Positions 18,300 through 30,828 of a stretch of 64,000 nt of DNA are shown piece after piece. Position 1 is the first letter of the stretch, and every line of letters starts with the position of its first letter. The DNA comes from Dictyostelium discoideum. Taxonomy: Eukaryota. Location: NCBI GenBank assembly GCA_000004695.1, contig CM000152.2, positions 4,032,001 through 4,096,000 of the forward strand, read 5' to 3'. The position numbers and the translations under genes were made by a program. Under the pieces are notes generated by a model. It saw only the letters and a program-made list of their open reading frames with translations. It did not search any database and was not told the DNA's origin.

Positions 18300-18870
18300 T
18301 GGATCTTTTTGTGAATAATTGAATTAATTCTGAAAAAAAAAAGTTATTTTGAAAAAGATCGAGTATTCCCGGAAAAGATCAATCTTTTCGCGAAAAATTT
18401 TTCATTGGCCATATTATTTTTTTAATTTTAATTTTTTTCATTTATTCACAATTAAAATAAAAAATATAATAAATAAATAAATAAAATAAATAGTATGATT
18501 GACAAAAAAAAATCAAAAATACCGGGGCTCAAATAAAGGATTTATTTTTTATATGTAGTTTTTTTTTTTTTGAAGTTCCTTTTTTTTTTTGAAGTTCATT
18601 TTTTTTTATATTTTCTTTATTTCTCTATAAATACAACCAAATTTAATTCTACGATAGGCCTTAACAAATATTGTTTAATATTATTTAAAATTTTTGTTTT
18701 AAATAATGTGTTTTATTGAAAAAAAAAAAAAAAAAACATATGAAAAGTGAAAAATTTTTCAAAAAAAAATAAACTTTTTTCGAAATAACTGAATTTATTC
18801 CGGGACAACTCGATCTTTTTCAAAATAACTTTATTTATTCAGAATTAATTCAATTATCCACTGATAGGTC
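18300..18870. mobile_element. MITE-like non-autonomous DNA element (about 560 bp) with terminal inverted repeats of about 65 bp
   Basis: Left arm 18311-18377: GTGAATAATTGAATTAATTCTGAAAAAAAAAAGTTATTTTGAAAAAGATCGAGTATTCCCGGAA. The reverse complement of the right arm 18789-18861 reads GTGGATAATTGAATTAATTCTGAATAAATAAAGTTATTTTGAAAAAGATCGAGTTGTCCCGGAA, about 90% identical. The interior is AT-rich and non-coding, with internal TTCGCGAAAAATTTTT / GAAAAATTTTTC...TTTCGAAA sub-repeats. The element is absent from the equivalent spacer between SAP copies 2 and 3. Confidence 0.5.
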
Positions 18871-19225
18871 CATTGTAAAACAAAAAAAAAAATTTAACAA
18901 AAAAAAACAAAAATTTTTTTTTTTTTTTTCTTTGTTTTTTTTTTTTGCGGAAATTTATGACAGCAACACCCCTTTCCAAATTAAAAAAACAATAAAAATT
19001 TAAATAATTAAAAAAAAAAAAAAAAAATAAATTTAATCTGAAAAGTGTGATGGGTTTGAGGAGCTGCTTAGAAAATTTTCTTTTTAAATCCAGAAACAAG
19101 TTTCACAAGAATGTTAAAAAATCAGCATATAAATATATAAAATTAAATATAATAAATTTTATCCCCATTTTTTTTATTTTATTTACTTATTTTATTTTAT
19201 TTATTTATTTTTATTTATTTTTATT

Positions 19226-22087
19226 TTATTTATTATTAGAGGATTTAAATATTTTTGATCTTAAAACCTTTTCATTTTTTGGTGAAAAATCAATAAAATC
19301 AATTAGTAAATTTGATAATTGAAAATTTGAAGAGTTTATTGAATTTACAACCATATCACATAATAAATTCGATTGAAATAATGATGATTGATTTGTTTTT
19401 GTTCTCACTTTTAATAAATATTGACTATTTTTATTAGAAGATAATATATCTTGAAAAATTTGAATGAATCCTTTTCTAGAGGCCACACAAAGACAAGTAT
19501 AAAGATGATTGATTGTATTATCATTTAAATTTTCAATAAAATAATTAATAAATAACCCAAGATAATAACTTGAACATATGTTATATAAATAAGATTCTTG
19601 AGTGAAATTGGAGAAATATCCTGAATTAAAAATTTCAGGTATTTTATCAAAAAGATAAAAAATATCATCAACCCTATCTAAATAATAAAGACAAACAAAT
19701 AAAATTCTAGGTGAAATTGTAAAATCGAATGATTTTGTTTCACCAATAATAAATTGTCCAACTTCTTCACTATTCGTTGTTGTTGTTGTAGTTGTTGTTG
19801 ATATTGTTGAGGTGAGTGGAATAAAATCATCATAATAATATCCGTGTACATATGAAAAATTGAATTTAACTTTAACTTGATATAACTTTGATTCAATTGA
19901 TTCTTTTGAAATATTATTAAAAATTAATTTGACAGAGTTTGACATTTTATTTGGTGGTAGTACACTATCAATAATTTCAGAAAATCTAAATGGTTGTTTA
20001 AATTGTTCATTTGATAAAATGTTATTGATTAAAAACTCATTACCATTTTCTAAAGACCAACCAAATATTATTAACAATTTGTTATAATAATAACCACTAT
20101 CATTAAAAAATGAATATAATAAAGGTTTTGAAATTGCTCTTTTTAATTGATCCAATAATATATTTATATTATATTTTTTTTCATTAATTTTATTTACATT
20201 TGTAAACCAATCATAATAATATACTATATTTAATCTTAACCTTTTCTCAATACTTTCCATTAATTTTTCATAATGATCAATAATATTAACATGACCATTA
20301 TACCAATTTTGATTTTGATCATCAAATAAAGTAGTTTCATTTCTATAATTTTCAAAAAAAAAGTCAACAATTTCATTTTTATTAATATATTGAAAATTGG
20401 TTGATATAATTTCAGAGATACTTGGAAATTTTGTTTTTGAATCATAAACAAGTTGTAACTTTTTTATTGTTTTAATTAGATGATCAATTAATTCTGTATC
20501 GTTAATTGAAAATACAACTTTACAAAATGAATTAAAACTTCTTAAATTAAAATTATATATACACCCAATATTTTGAAATGGAACTCCATTTTCAATATCT
20601 AAAATATTTGATACTAATTCTAATATTTGATTTTTTTCAAGATTTTGATCCATTAAAATACTTTTAAAAAATATTAAATAATGAGTATAATTCTTACCGC
20701 AAAATATTTCATATAATTGAATAAGACTCTTTTCTTTTTTAAAATATAAATAATAATGAATTGGTTTCATTAAATTTCTATTATAAAGATTTCCTTCTTT
20801 AATAATTTTAAAAAATAAATAAATTGATTTATAATATTTTTTAATAATATCTTTTATATCACCGCTATTATTATTGTTTGTTATTAATATTGGAGTGGTG
20901 GTGGTGGTGGTAGTGGTTGTTGTTGTTGTTGTTGTTGTTGTTTGATTCAATAGATTTTTAATTGTTGAATTTAATTGGTCATTTGTAAAATGAATTGATT
21001 CAATTTCGCTTAATTCCAATATTAATTGATTTAATTTTTCAATATAATCTTTATCTGAATTCAATTTTTGTTGTTTTTGTTCTTCCTCTTCTTGTTGATG
21101 TATTTCTTGTATTTTTTTAAAGTTTGTAGGATCGACTAATAATTTATATGATTTTATAAGTCTTTTCAATTTACAATCAAACGATAGACTATCTGATAAA
21201 TCAATATTAGAAAATCGTTGTTTAATATGTGATGTTGGAATAGCATTAATTGATTTTAAATAATTGTAAATCTTTAAATTATTATATGTAACTACATTAA
21301 AGAATGATGGATTAATATGCATTTCTATACTTTTTTTTAAAACATCTGAATTTATTTTAAAAAATTTAATAAATTGATCTAATGCTACTAAATTTTCATT
21401 TAAAATCATTCTTTGAATCCATAGATCAATATTTTCATCAAATTGGAAAATTAATGATTTTATTGATTGTGTTGTTGTTGATGAGAATGCAGAAAATAAT
21501 GTATTATAAAATGAAATTGTTTCATTATCTTTTTTTTTTAATGTTTTAATAATATTTAAAATATCATTTACACTTCTGATAATTTGATGATTAATATTTC
21601 CTTTAATATTATCTTTTATTATTTCTAATGAATTACTATAACTTTTTAAAAAGTTTTCATTTATACCAATTAAATCATGATAACCAAATTGTTTACTTTT
21701 AAAATTTGAAAATATATTTTTAAAAATGATCATATTTCTAAAAGCTTTCCAAAAATAAATTTCAAGTTGATCAACATCTTTAATTAGTAATACATATCGT
21801 TGCTGTTGAGGTTGTTGAGGTTGTTGTTGAAGTTGATTGGTTGTACTATTTATTAAATCAGATTTAACTTTTTTTGATAAAAAATAACCTTCAATTCTTT
21901 TATAAATTTCTTGTTTTTTTCCAATAATTGGTAAACCTAATGATTTTGCAATTGTTTGTAATTCTTTGCTTCTTATTGAATCATAATTAATATCTTCTTT
22001 AAACTTTTTGTATGTTAATAAACCATCATTATCATCATTATTATCATTTTCTTGATTTTCAATTTCTTTTCTTTTATTATTAACCAT
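19226..22087 (-). CDS. SAP-domain protein, tandem-family copy 2 (953 aa), without the poly-Gln expansion
   Basis: An intronless ORF collinear with copy 1. Where copy 1 carries its roughly 165-codon Q tract, this copy has only QQEEEEQKQQK. The 3' flank is also duplicated (TTATCCCCATT...; compare 19140-19225, 22440-22497 and 14720-14833). Confidence 0.7.
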   Translation of the reverse strand: MVNNKRKEIENQENDNNDDNDGLLTYKKFKEDINYDSIRSKELQTIAKSLGLPIIGKKQEIYKRIEGYFLSKKVKSDLINSTTNQLQQQPQQPQQQRYVLLIKDVDQLEIYFWKAFRNMIIFKNIFSNFKSKQFGYHDLIGINENFLKSYSNSLEIIKDNIKGNINHQIIRSVNDILNIIKTLKKKDNETISFYNTLFSAFSSTTTQSIKSLIFQFDENIDLWIQRMILNENLVALDQFIKFFKINSDVLKKSIEMHINPSFFNVVTYNNLKIYNYLKSINAIPTSHIKQRFSNIDLSDSLSFDCKLKRLIKSYKLLVDPTNFKKIQEIHQQEEEEQKQQKLNSDKDYIEKLNQLILELSEIESIHFTNDQLNSTIKNLLNQTTTTTTTTTTTTTTTTPILITNNNNSGDIKDIIKKYYKSIYLFFKIIKEGNLYNRNLMKPIHYYLYFKKEKSLIQLYEIFCGKNYTHYLIFFKSILMDQNLEKNQILELVSNILDIENGVPFQNIGCIYNFNLRSFNSFCKVVFSINDTELIDHLIKTIKKLQLVYDSKTKFPSISEIISTNFQYINKNEIVDFFFENYRNETTLFDDQNQNWYNGHVNIIDHYEKLMESIEKRLRLNIVYYYDWFTNVNKINEKKYNINILLDQLKRAISKPLLYSFFNDSGYYYNKLLIIFGWSLENGNEFLINNILSNEQFKQPFRFSEIIDSVLPPNKMSNSVKLIFNNISKESIESKLYQVKVKFNFSYVHGYYYDDFIPLTSTISTTTTTTTTNSEEVGQFIIGETKSFDFTISPRILFVCLYYLDRVDDIFYLFDKIPEIFNSGYFSNFTQESYLYNICSSYYLGLFINYFIENLNDNTINHLYTCLCVASRKGFIQIFQDILSSNKNSQYLLKVRTKTNQSSLFQSNLLCDMVVNSINSSNFQLSNLLIDFIDFSPKNEKVLRSKIFKSSNNK

Positions 22088-22497
22088 CTTTTTTTTTTAA
22101 AATAAATAAATAAATAAACTATTAAAAAGTATGTAAAAAAAAGAATAAAAAAAAAAAAAAAAAAAAAAATCATGAAAATTAATTATTTTTAATAATAATT
22201 TTTTTTTTTTATTTTTTTTTTTATTTTTTTTTTTTTTATAAATCCCAACCAAATGTTTAGAATTTTTTGAAATACGACAACACCCTTTCCAAATTAAAAA
22301 AACAATAAAAGTAATATCTCAAAAAAAAAAAATATAATCTGAAAAGTGTGATGCGTTTGAGGGAGCCGTACAAAATTAAGCATAAAATTACTACACTTTA
22401 TTTTTAATTTTCATATCCAGAAACAAGTACACATGAACGTTAAACAATCAGCATATAAATAAATATTATAAATATTATCCCCATTATATTATTTATT

Positions 22498-25419
22498 TTA
22501 TTTATTTTTATTTATTTTTATTTTATTTATTAGATGAATTATTTTTGATTTTAAAACTTTTTCATTTTTTGGTGAAAAATCAATAAAATCAATTAGTAAA
22601 TTTGATAGTTGAAAATTTGAAGAATCTATTGAATTTACAACGATATCATGTAGTAATTTCGATTGGAATAATGATGATTGATTTGTTTTTGTTCTCACTT
22701 TTAATAAATATTGACTATTTTGATTAGATGATAGAATGTTTTTGAAAATTTGAGTGAATCCTTTTTTAGATGCTACACAAAGACAAGTATAAAGATGATT
22801 GATTGTATTATCATTTAAATTTTCAATAAAATAATTAATAAATAATTCAAGATAATAACTTGAACATATATTATATAAATAAGATTCTTTAGTAAAATTT
22901 ATGAAATATCCTGAATTAAAAATTTCAGGTATTTTATCAAAAAGATAAAAAATATCATCAACCCTATCTAAATAATAAAGACAAACAAATAAAATTCTAG
23001 GTGAAATTATAAAATCAAATGATTCTGTTTTACCAATAATAAATTGTCCAACTTCTTCACTATTTGTTGTTGTTGTTGTTGTTGTTGTTGTTGGTAAATG
23101 AGTAAATGTTGAGGTGAGTTGAATAGAATTATCACCGTAATATCCATGAGAATAATTGAAATTACCTTTAACTTGATATAACTTTGATTCAATTGATTCT
23201 TTTGAAATATTATTAAAAATCAATTTAACAAGGTTTGGTATCTTATTTAATGGTTCACCACTTATAATTAGAGAAAATCTAAATGGTTGTTTAAATTGTT
23301 GATTTGATAAAAAGTAATTGATTAAAACTTCATTACCATTTTCTAAAGACCAACCAAATATTTTTATCAAAAAATTATAACTATAATTAGTATTAAAAAA
23401 AAAAGAATAAAATAAAGGTTTTGAAATTGCTCTTTTTAGTAGATCCAAAAATATATTTATATTATTTTTTTCATTATTTTCATCATTTCTGAACCAATTA
23501 TAATAATATATTAAACATAATCTTAACCTTCTACCAATACTCTCCATTATTTTTTCATAATGATCAATAATATTAATATTATTCCAATTTTGATTGTAGT
23601 CATCGAATAAAGTAGTTTCATTTCTATAATTTTCAAAAAAAAGGTCAATTATTTCATTTTTATTAATATATCGAAAATTGGTTGATATAATTTCAGAGAT
23701 TCTTGGGAATTGTGTTTTTGAATATTTAACAAGTTGTAATTTTTGCATTGTTTTAAATAGATGGTCAATTAATTCTGTATCGTTAATTGAAAATACAACT
23801 TTACAAAATGAATTAAAACTTTCAATATTATATCCATACCCGTTCTTTTGAAATGAAATTCCATTTTAAATATCCAAAATATTTGATACTAATTCTAATC
23901 TTTGATTTTTTTCAAGATTTTGATCCACTAAAATACCTTTAAAAAATATTAAATAATCATTATTCTTTTTATGAAAGTTACAAAATATTTCATATAATTG
24001 ACTAACACCCTTTTCTTTTTTAAAATATAAATAATAATGAATTGGTTTCATTAAATTTCCATTACAAAGATTTCCAACTCTAATAATTTTAAAAAATAAA
24101 TAAATTGATTTATAATATTTTTTAATAATATCTTTTATATCACCGCTATTATTATTGTTTGTTATTAATATTGGAGTGTTGGTAGTAGTATTAGTGGTGG
24201 TGGTAGTGGTAGTGGTGGTGGTTGTTTGATTTAATAGATTTTTAATTGTTGAATTTAATTGATCATTTGTAAAATGACTTAGTTCAATTTCATTTAATTC
24301 CAATGTTAATTGATTTAATTTTTCAATGTGTTCTTTTTTATTTGAGTGTAGATTCAATTTTTGTTCTTGTTGTTCTTGTTTATGTTGTTGTAGTTGTTTT
24401 TGATGTATTTCTTGTATTTCTTTTAAGTTTGTAGGATCGACTAATAATTTATATGATTTTATAAGTCTTTTAAATTTATAATCAAATGATAGACTATCTG
24501 ATAAATCAATATTAGAAAATCGTTGTTTAATATGTGATGTTGGAATAGCATTAATTGATTTTAAATAATTGTAAATCTTTAAATTATTATATGTAACTAC
24601 ATTAAAGAATGATGGATTAATATGCATTTCTATACTTTTTTTTAAAACATCTGAATTTATTTTAAAAAATTTAATAAATTGATCTAATGCTACTAAATTT
24701 TCATTTAAAATCATTCTTTGAATCCATAGATCAATATTTTCATCAAATTGAAAAAGTAATGATTTTATTGGTTGTATGATTGTTGTTGTTGAGTTGGATA
24801 TTGATGATGAATATGCTGAGAATAATGTAGTATAAAATGAAATTGTTTCATTATCTTTTTTTTTTAATGTTTTAATAATATTTACAATATCATTTGTATT
24901 TCTAATTATTTGATGATTAATATTTCCTTTAATATTATCTTTTATTATTTCTAATGAATTACTATAACTTTTTAAAAAGTTTTCATTTATACCAATTAAA
25001 TCATGATAACCAAATTGTTTACTTTTAAAATTTGAAAATATATTTTTAAATATTATCATATTTCTAAAAGCTTTCCAAAAATAAATTTCAAGTTGATCAA
25101 CATCTTTAATTAGTAATACATATTGTTTTTGTTGAGGTTGTTGTTGAGGTTGTTGTTAAGGTTGATTGGTTGTACTATTTGTTAAATCATTTTTAAATTT
25201 TTTTGATAAAAAATAACCTTCAACTCTTTTATAAATTTCTTGTTTTTTCCCAATAATTGGTAAACCTAATGAGTTTGCAATTGTTTGTAATTCTTTGCTT
25301 CTTATTGAATCATAATTAATATCTTCTTTAAACTTTTTGTATGTTAATAAACCATCATTATCATCATCATTATCATTTTCTTGATTTTCAATCTCTTTTC
25401 TTTTATTATTATTAACCAT
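22498..25419 (-). pseudogene. SAP-domain family copy 3, disrupted by in-frame stop codons
   Basis: The unit is collinear with copies 1 and 2 and starts at ATG 25417-25419. Its reading frame is split into three ORFs (25156-25518, 23866-25059, 22498-23748). A TAA (plus TTA at about 25167-25169) replaces a copy-2 GAA in the QQ-rich linker. A second TAA (plus TTA around 23870-23878) lies at the position that reads GGAACTCCATTTTCAATATC in copy 2. Confidence 0.6.
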
Positions 25420-25464
25420 CTTTTTTTTTTTTAAACTGTAAAAAAGTGTGCAGGAGCAAAAAAA

Positions 25465-25500
<36 letters not shown>

Positions 25501-25792
25501 TAAAAAATAAAAAGGCAAATTATTTTTTTTTTTTTGAAAAATATGACGTCAACATGCTCGGTAAACTAGAAAAAAAAGAAAAAAAAAAAACAATTGACCA
25601 AATATAGTATCTTGGACCATTTTCAAAAATCTTTTTTTAGAATTCCACCTACCTAAAAATTCAAGATAATATAATATAAAATAAAATAAAATATAATAAA
25701 ACAAAATAAAATAATATAAAACAATCTTTTTTTTTTTTTTTTTTTTTTCTTCTCCCCCAATACATATGTTTTGTTATAAAATTTATAGTTTA

Positions 25793-27529
25793 TCAATTTA
25801 TTTTCTCTTCAACTTCTTTAATTTCAGAAATTATTGTTGTTGTTGTTGTATTTATATTTTGATTTGTGGTTTCAGTTGATGTTTCATTTGAAGCTTCAAA
25901 TGAAGGTTTAGCCCAATTTGGTAAATCAGTTTTATAAGACCAATCATTTGAGGAATATGATAAGGCATGTAAATAAATACCAAATGAAAATTGAGTACTA
26001 TCAGACCAAACTATTGAACAATCATTACAATGAATTGGTGAAACGCCATCGTCAATAAAATCTTCTTCTTCTTTTGTAACTTTGTTTATTATTTTTTGTG
26101 ATAAACTATTATTATTATTATTATTGATTTTTTCATCTTTTTCATTATTCTCACCACCACCATCATCATCATCGAAAATATAAGATGTTTTACCATCACT
26201 TGTTAAAGCTTTAAATGATTCTTTAAATTCATTATTATATAATGGATCATTTGCAATTGGAAATCCTAACCATTTTAAATGAACCCTTATTTGATGAGTT
26301 CTACCAGTTTTTGGTGTACATAATACAATGGATGTATTGGTTGATTGGTCATAACTAAATAGTTTAATATGAGTTATTGATGGTTTACCACCAACACCAA
26401 CATGATTAATACCAAGACGCATACTTTGAATTACAATTGGCTGATCAATTATAAATGTACCATCTTCTAAATGTTTACATAATTTTATTTGTTCATTAAA
26501 TGATGATGATGATGAATTAATTGTATCACTACCTGGAAATTTACCAATAACTTTTGCTAAATATTGTTTTGAAACTAAACCAGATTGAATTTGATTTGCT
26601 TTTTTATTTGCAGAATCAGGAGTACGTGCTAATAATAAAAGACCAGAAGTTAAACGATCTAAACGATGTACACCATATAATTGATTGATTCCATGTTCAG
26701 ATGCTAATATATACATTAATGAATTATGACGAAATCTACCACATGGATGAACTGGGATTGAGGATGGTTTATCTACAACCACAACATTCTCATCCAATGA
26801 CACTATTTTAATGGACTCACCAGTAACGGGTGGTTCATGTCTATGCACGGTATGAATGATGGTATCATTTAATTTGATTTTATATGATGGTGATACTAAT
26901 TGATCGTTGACTTTAATTAAACCCCTTTTAATTTTCTTTAAATAGACATCACGTGAATTGGTTGAGAATTCTTGTGAAAACATGTCCAATATCGATTGAC
27001 CGAACCAACGCTCCTTTGCAAACACTTTGAATGTATATTGATAAGGTTCGATATGTCTTAGATTATCCTTATAATGAAAACTAGTTTCAGCTAGGATTTG
27101 TTTAGTAATATTACCCTCCTCATCATTCTTTTTATGAGTTTCTGCTCTTTTCTTTTGTTTTCTTGATTGTCTATTATCAATTTTCTTTTGTTTATTAAAT
27201 TGTTCAATCTTTTTCTTATATTGTTGTTTTGATAAAATACTACCATCCTCTTGAATATACTTTTTATTAATTATAAATGATTTTTCATTATTATCTGGAT
27301 CTTCAACTGTAACTAAATTACTTTCATCACCATCATGATAACTTAAAATAACTCTTTTCTTTGGTTGTTCTTTATTTTCATCATCATGTAATATACTATA
27401 AACTCTTTTTTTATAATTTTTAATTGATGATTGTGTTGGTGGTGGTGGTATTTCTTTTTCTAAATCTTCATTATTATTATTACTATTACTATTATTACTA
27501 TTTGATATTTCTATTTTATTTTCTTCCAT
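25793..27529 (-). CDS. RluA-family pseudouridine synthase (RPUSD2-like) with S4-like RNA-binding domain, 578 aa
   Basis: An intronless ORF. The catalytic motif HRLDRLTSGLLLLARTP (HRLD..TSG) is followed by QIRVHLKWLGFPIANDPLY. An S4-like segment (VYLKKIKRGLIKVNDQLVSPSYKIKLNDTIIH) lies upstream. The N-terminus is Asn/Ser-rich. Confidence 0.8.
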   Translation of the reverse strand: MEENKIEISNSNNSNSNNNNEDLEKEIPPPPTQSSIKNYKKRVYSILHDDENKEQPKKRVILSYHDGDESNLVTVEDPDNNEKSFIINKKYIQEDGSILSKQQYKKKIEQFNKQKKIDNRQSRKQKKRAETHKKNDEEGNITKQILAETSFHYKDNLRHIEPYQYTFKVFAKERWFGQSILDMFSQEFSTNSRDVYLKKIKRGLIKVNDQLVSPSYKIKLNDTIIHTVHRHEPPVTGESIKIVSLDENVVVVDKPSSIPVHPCGRFRHNSLMYILASEHGINQLYGVHRLDRLTSGLLLLARTPDSANKKANQIQSGLVSKQYLAKVIGKFPGSDTINSSSSSFNEQIKLCKHLEDGTFIIDQPIVIQSMRLGINHVGVGGKPSITHIKLFSYDQSTNTSIVLCTPKTGRTHQIRVHLKWLGFPIANDPLYNNEFKESFKALTSDGKTSYIFDDDDGGGENNEKDEKINNNNNNSLSQKIINKVTKEEEDFIDDGVSPIHCNDCSIVWSDSTQFSFGIYLHALSYSSNDWSYKTDLPNWAKPSFEASNETSTETTNQNINTTTTTIISEIKEVEEKIN

Positions 27530-28001
27530 CTATAATAAACTTTGTTTCAAAAAAAAATATTAAAAAAAAAAAATTAAAAAAATTAAAAAGCGAAAACTCG
27601 AAAATAAAAAATAAAAAATGAAAATAAAAAAAAAAATTTTTCCATACTTTTACTTTTTATTTTTTTATTATTTTTTTTTTTTTTTTTTATACAATTAAAG
27701 CTAAAATAAAAATAACTATTTATTTATTATTTTAAAATCATTGACAAGAAAGATTAAATTAATTTAATAAAAATATATGTTTTTTGAACTAAAATAAAAC
27801 AAAAATAAAATAAAATAAAATCTTTTACAACTTTCTCAGAATTTTGTTAACAACTCAAATTTTTAATTTTTTTTTTTTTATTTTTTTTTTTTTTTATTTT
27901 TTTTTTTTAATTTTTTTTTTTTTTTTTTTCTTTTTTGTTAAAAAATATATTGGATAACACATAAAATAAATATTTATATATATATATATATTATTTAGAA
28001 A

Positions 28002-28339
28002 ATGCAATCTTTTATGACCGGTGCACCAGGTAAATAATATTTATAATAATAAATAAAAAGAATTTAATTTAATTATTATTATTTTTTTTTTTTTTTATTA
28101 ACAAAAACTAAATTAATTTTATTTATTTTTATTTATTATTAATATTATTTAGGTCATCATATACAATCAATTAAAAAATCAACATCAACTAGACTTGTAT
28201 ATGTAGTTTTCTTTTTATTAGTATCAATTGTAGCATATATACTTAGTTATTGGACTTTTTCATGGTTTAATAATTTAGATGGTAAATAAGTAATTTTTTT
28301 TAAAAAAAAAAAAAAAATTTTATTATTTAAAATAACTAA

Positions 28340-28402
<63 letters not shown>

Positions 28403-29515
28403 ATATAAATATTTTTAGTATTAAAAATTTGTAGTAAAGGTGATAATGAATGTAAAGGAGCATTAGTAGTTTATAGACTTACATTTGGATTAGCATTATA
28501 TCATATTTTATTAGGATTAGTAATGATAAATGTAAAGAGTGCAGGTGATTCAAGAGCAAAACTTCAAGATGGTTATTGGCCTTTAAAAATCCTATTATTA
28601 GGTGTTTTAATATTTGTATCATTTTTCATACCAAATTCATTTTTTAGAGTATACACTTGGATATCGATTTTCAGTGCAGCAATATTCATTTTCATTCAAT
28701 TGGTATTATTGATAGAATGTGCCTACTCTTTGAACGAGAGTTGTGTTAGAAAGATTGAAGATGAGGGACACAGTGGAAAGAAATGGTATGTATTGTTGTG
28801 TGTACTTAGTTTTGGAAGTATTGCACTTGCAGTCGCCGGTACAGTATTGATGTTGGTATTCTATGGTAGAGGCAGTTGTTCGATCAATCAATTCTACATT
28901 GTTTTCAATTTGGGTATTTGTTTAATCGTTGGTGTACTTTCAATTAGTGAAAAAGTTAGAGAATATAGACCATCAAGTGGTTTATTCCAAAGTGGTGTGG
29001 TTATGTTGTATTGTACCTATTTGATTTATTCAGCAATCAATAGTGAACCACCAGGAACTTGTTCATCAAATAATACCTCATCACCAAAAGAGTCAACTAT
29101 TATCATTGGTGCTGTATTTACAATCATTTCAGTTTGTTACTCTGCATTTAGATCAAGTGATTCAACAGAACTATTGGGAAATCATAATCATTATTCAAGT
29201 ATTCCAACCGATCCAAATGCTGAAACAACTGGTGTTGCTGATGATGAATGTGAATGTACTGCTTATAATTATTCTTTCTTTCATTTCACTTTTGCATGTG
29301 GTGCAATGTATCTATCTGCTCTCTTAACAAATTGGGCAACTATGACAAGTACCGATATCACCTCCTCTTCCACTTCCTCTTCAAATTCTACAATTAGTGT
29401 TGATTCTGGTATGGTTTCTGTTTGGGTTAAAGTTGTTAGTTCTTGGGTTGTAGTTTTATTATATCTTTGGACTTTAATTGGACCAATATTATTAAGAAAT
29501 AGAGTTTGGGATTAA
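28002..29515 (+). CDS. Serine incorporator (Serinc/TMS1/TDE1 family) multipass membrane protein, 3 exons
   Basis: Exons are 28002-28029, 28153-28281 and 28419-29515. Donors are GTAAAT at 28030 and 28282; acceptors are tttag at 28151-52 and ttttag at 28417-18. The splices join in frame to give MQSFMTGAPGHHIQSIKKSTSTRLVYVVFFLLVSIVAYILSY...CSKGDNECKGALVVYRLTFGLALYHILLGLVMINVKSAGDSRAKLQDGYWPLKILLLGV.... This matches the Serinc N-terminus (STVTRLIYAFILLL...CEGGF...AVYRISFAMA...). Multiple hydrophobic transmembrane segments are present. Confidence 0.85.
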
Positions 29516-29671
29516 AAAAAAAATTTAAAATAAAATAAAATAATAATATTTGTATATAAAAAAAAATAAAAAAAGAAATAATAATAATAAATAAATAAAT
29601 AAATAATAAATAAAAAATAGATTTAATTTTTTTATTTTTTTTTATTTTTAATTATTTTTTTTTTTTTTAAT

Positions 29672-30828
29672 TTATTGTGTTGGTTGTGATGAAATTGGAT
29701 TATTAACTAAATTTGATTTTTTAATTTGATTTGATCTAAAATCAACGAAATTTTGAAGTGAAGTACCACAGATACAAGAAATGGCTTCTTTAGTGTACCA
29801 TGCTTGATGGGAAGTGATCATAACATTTGGATAAGAGATTAATAAAGAGAGATTATCATCTTTAATGATTGAACCATTGTGATCTTGATAAAAGTAATCG
29901 GTTTCATTTTCATAGACATCCATACCAAGTGAACTGATTTTACCAGATTTTAAACCAACAATTGCATCAGAAGCATTAACTAAAGCACCTCTTGAAACGT
30001 TGATAATCATAACACCATCTCTCATCTTTTCGATGGATTCAGAGTTTACCATATATTTAGTTTGAGAATTCAATGGAGTGTGTAATGAGATGACATCACA
30101 TTGTTTCCAAATTTCGTCTAAAGTCTTTACGTACTCGATACCGATATCAGTGACTGCTTTATTTTCAATGATATCATATGCGATCACTTTTGCACCAAAA
30201 CCTAATTTTAATACACGACATAATTGTTCACCAATGTTACCAGTACCAACGATACCATAAACTTTGCTAACCATATTGAAACCTTCCATACCATTGATTT
30301 CGAAATTTGCATCTCTAACACGGTCGTGGGCCTTATGGGTCTTTCTATTCAATGCCATAATTAATGAAAGTGCATACTCTGATACTGCATTTGGTGAATA
30401 GGCTGGTACTCTTAATACTGGGATTCCTAATTTATTGGCAGTATCCAAATCGACCTTATTAAAACCTGCACATCTCATTAAAATAACCTTAGTACCATTT
30501 GAATGTAATGTTTCAATAACTTCTTTTGAAAGATCATCATTTACAAAACAACAAACTGCTTCTGATCCTTTTGCTTCATTAACCTATATTTTGAAAAAAT
30601 AAAAAATAAAAAAAAAAAATAAAAAAATAATAATTTGTTAAAATTTATTTTGTTTTTTTTAATTTTATTTTATAATAATTATTAAATTATTATTTGAAAA
30701 AGTGTTTTAAAACTTACTGATTTAATATCACATGCACTGGTAACATAATTAATTTCATATGAAAATTTATTTAATTCATTGAACCATTTTACCCAATATG
30801 GTTTACTTGAGAATAATGTAATTTTCAT
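29672..30828 (-). CDS. ldhA: D-lactate dehydrogenase (fermentative D-isomer-specific 2-hydroxyacid dehydrogenase, LdhA type), 2 exons, 341 aa
   Basis: Exon 1 is 30718-30828 (MKITLFSSKPYWVKWFNELNKFSYEINYVTSACDIKS; donor GTAAGT at 30712-17, reverse-complemented). Exon 2 is 29672-30583 (VNEAKGSEAVCCFVNDDLSKEVIETLHSNGTKVILMRCAGFNKVDLDTANKLGIPVLRVPAYSPNAVSEYA...GIVGTGNIGEQL...SLGMDVYENE...). The protein is collinear with E. coli LdhA (MKLAVYSTKQYDKKYL...GCEAVCIFVNDD...[37 protein letters not shown]...GVIGTGKIG...SLGMDVYENE). The NAD-binding motif GxGxxG is present. Confidence 0.85.

Noticed and set aside
28706-30260. Antisense or alternative-frame ORFs inside real genes (28706-28891, 29043-29327 within Serinc; 30078-30260 within ldhA; 1417-1701 within the zinc-finger gene; 37188-37724 within odc; 40845-41242 within folliculin; 61856-62143, 63107-63383 within the lectin genes)
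   Set aside because: They overlap well-supported homologous CDSs on the other strand or frame. They are short and lack features of their own.
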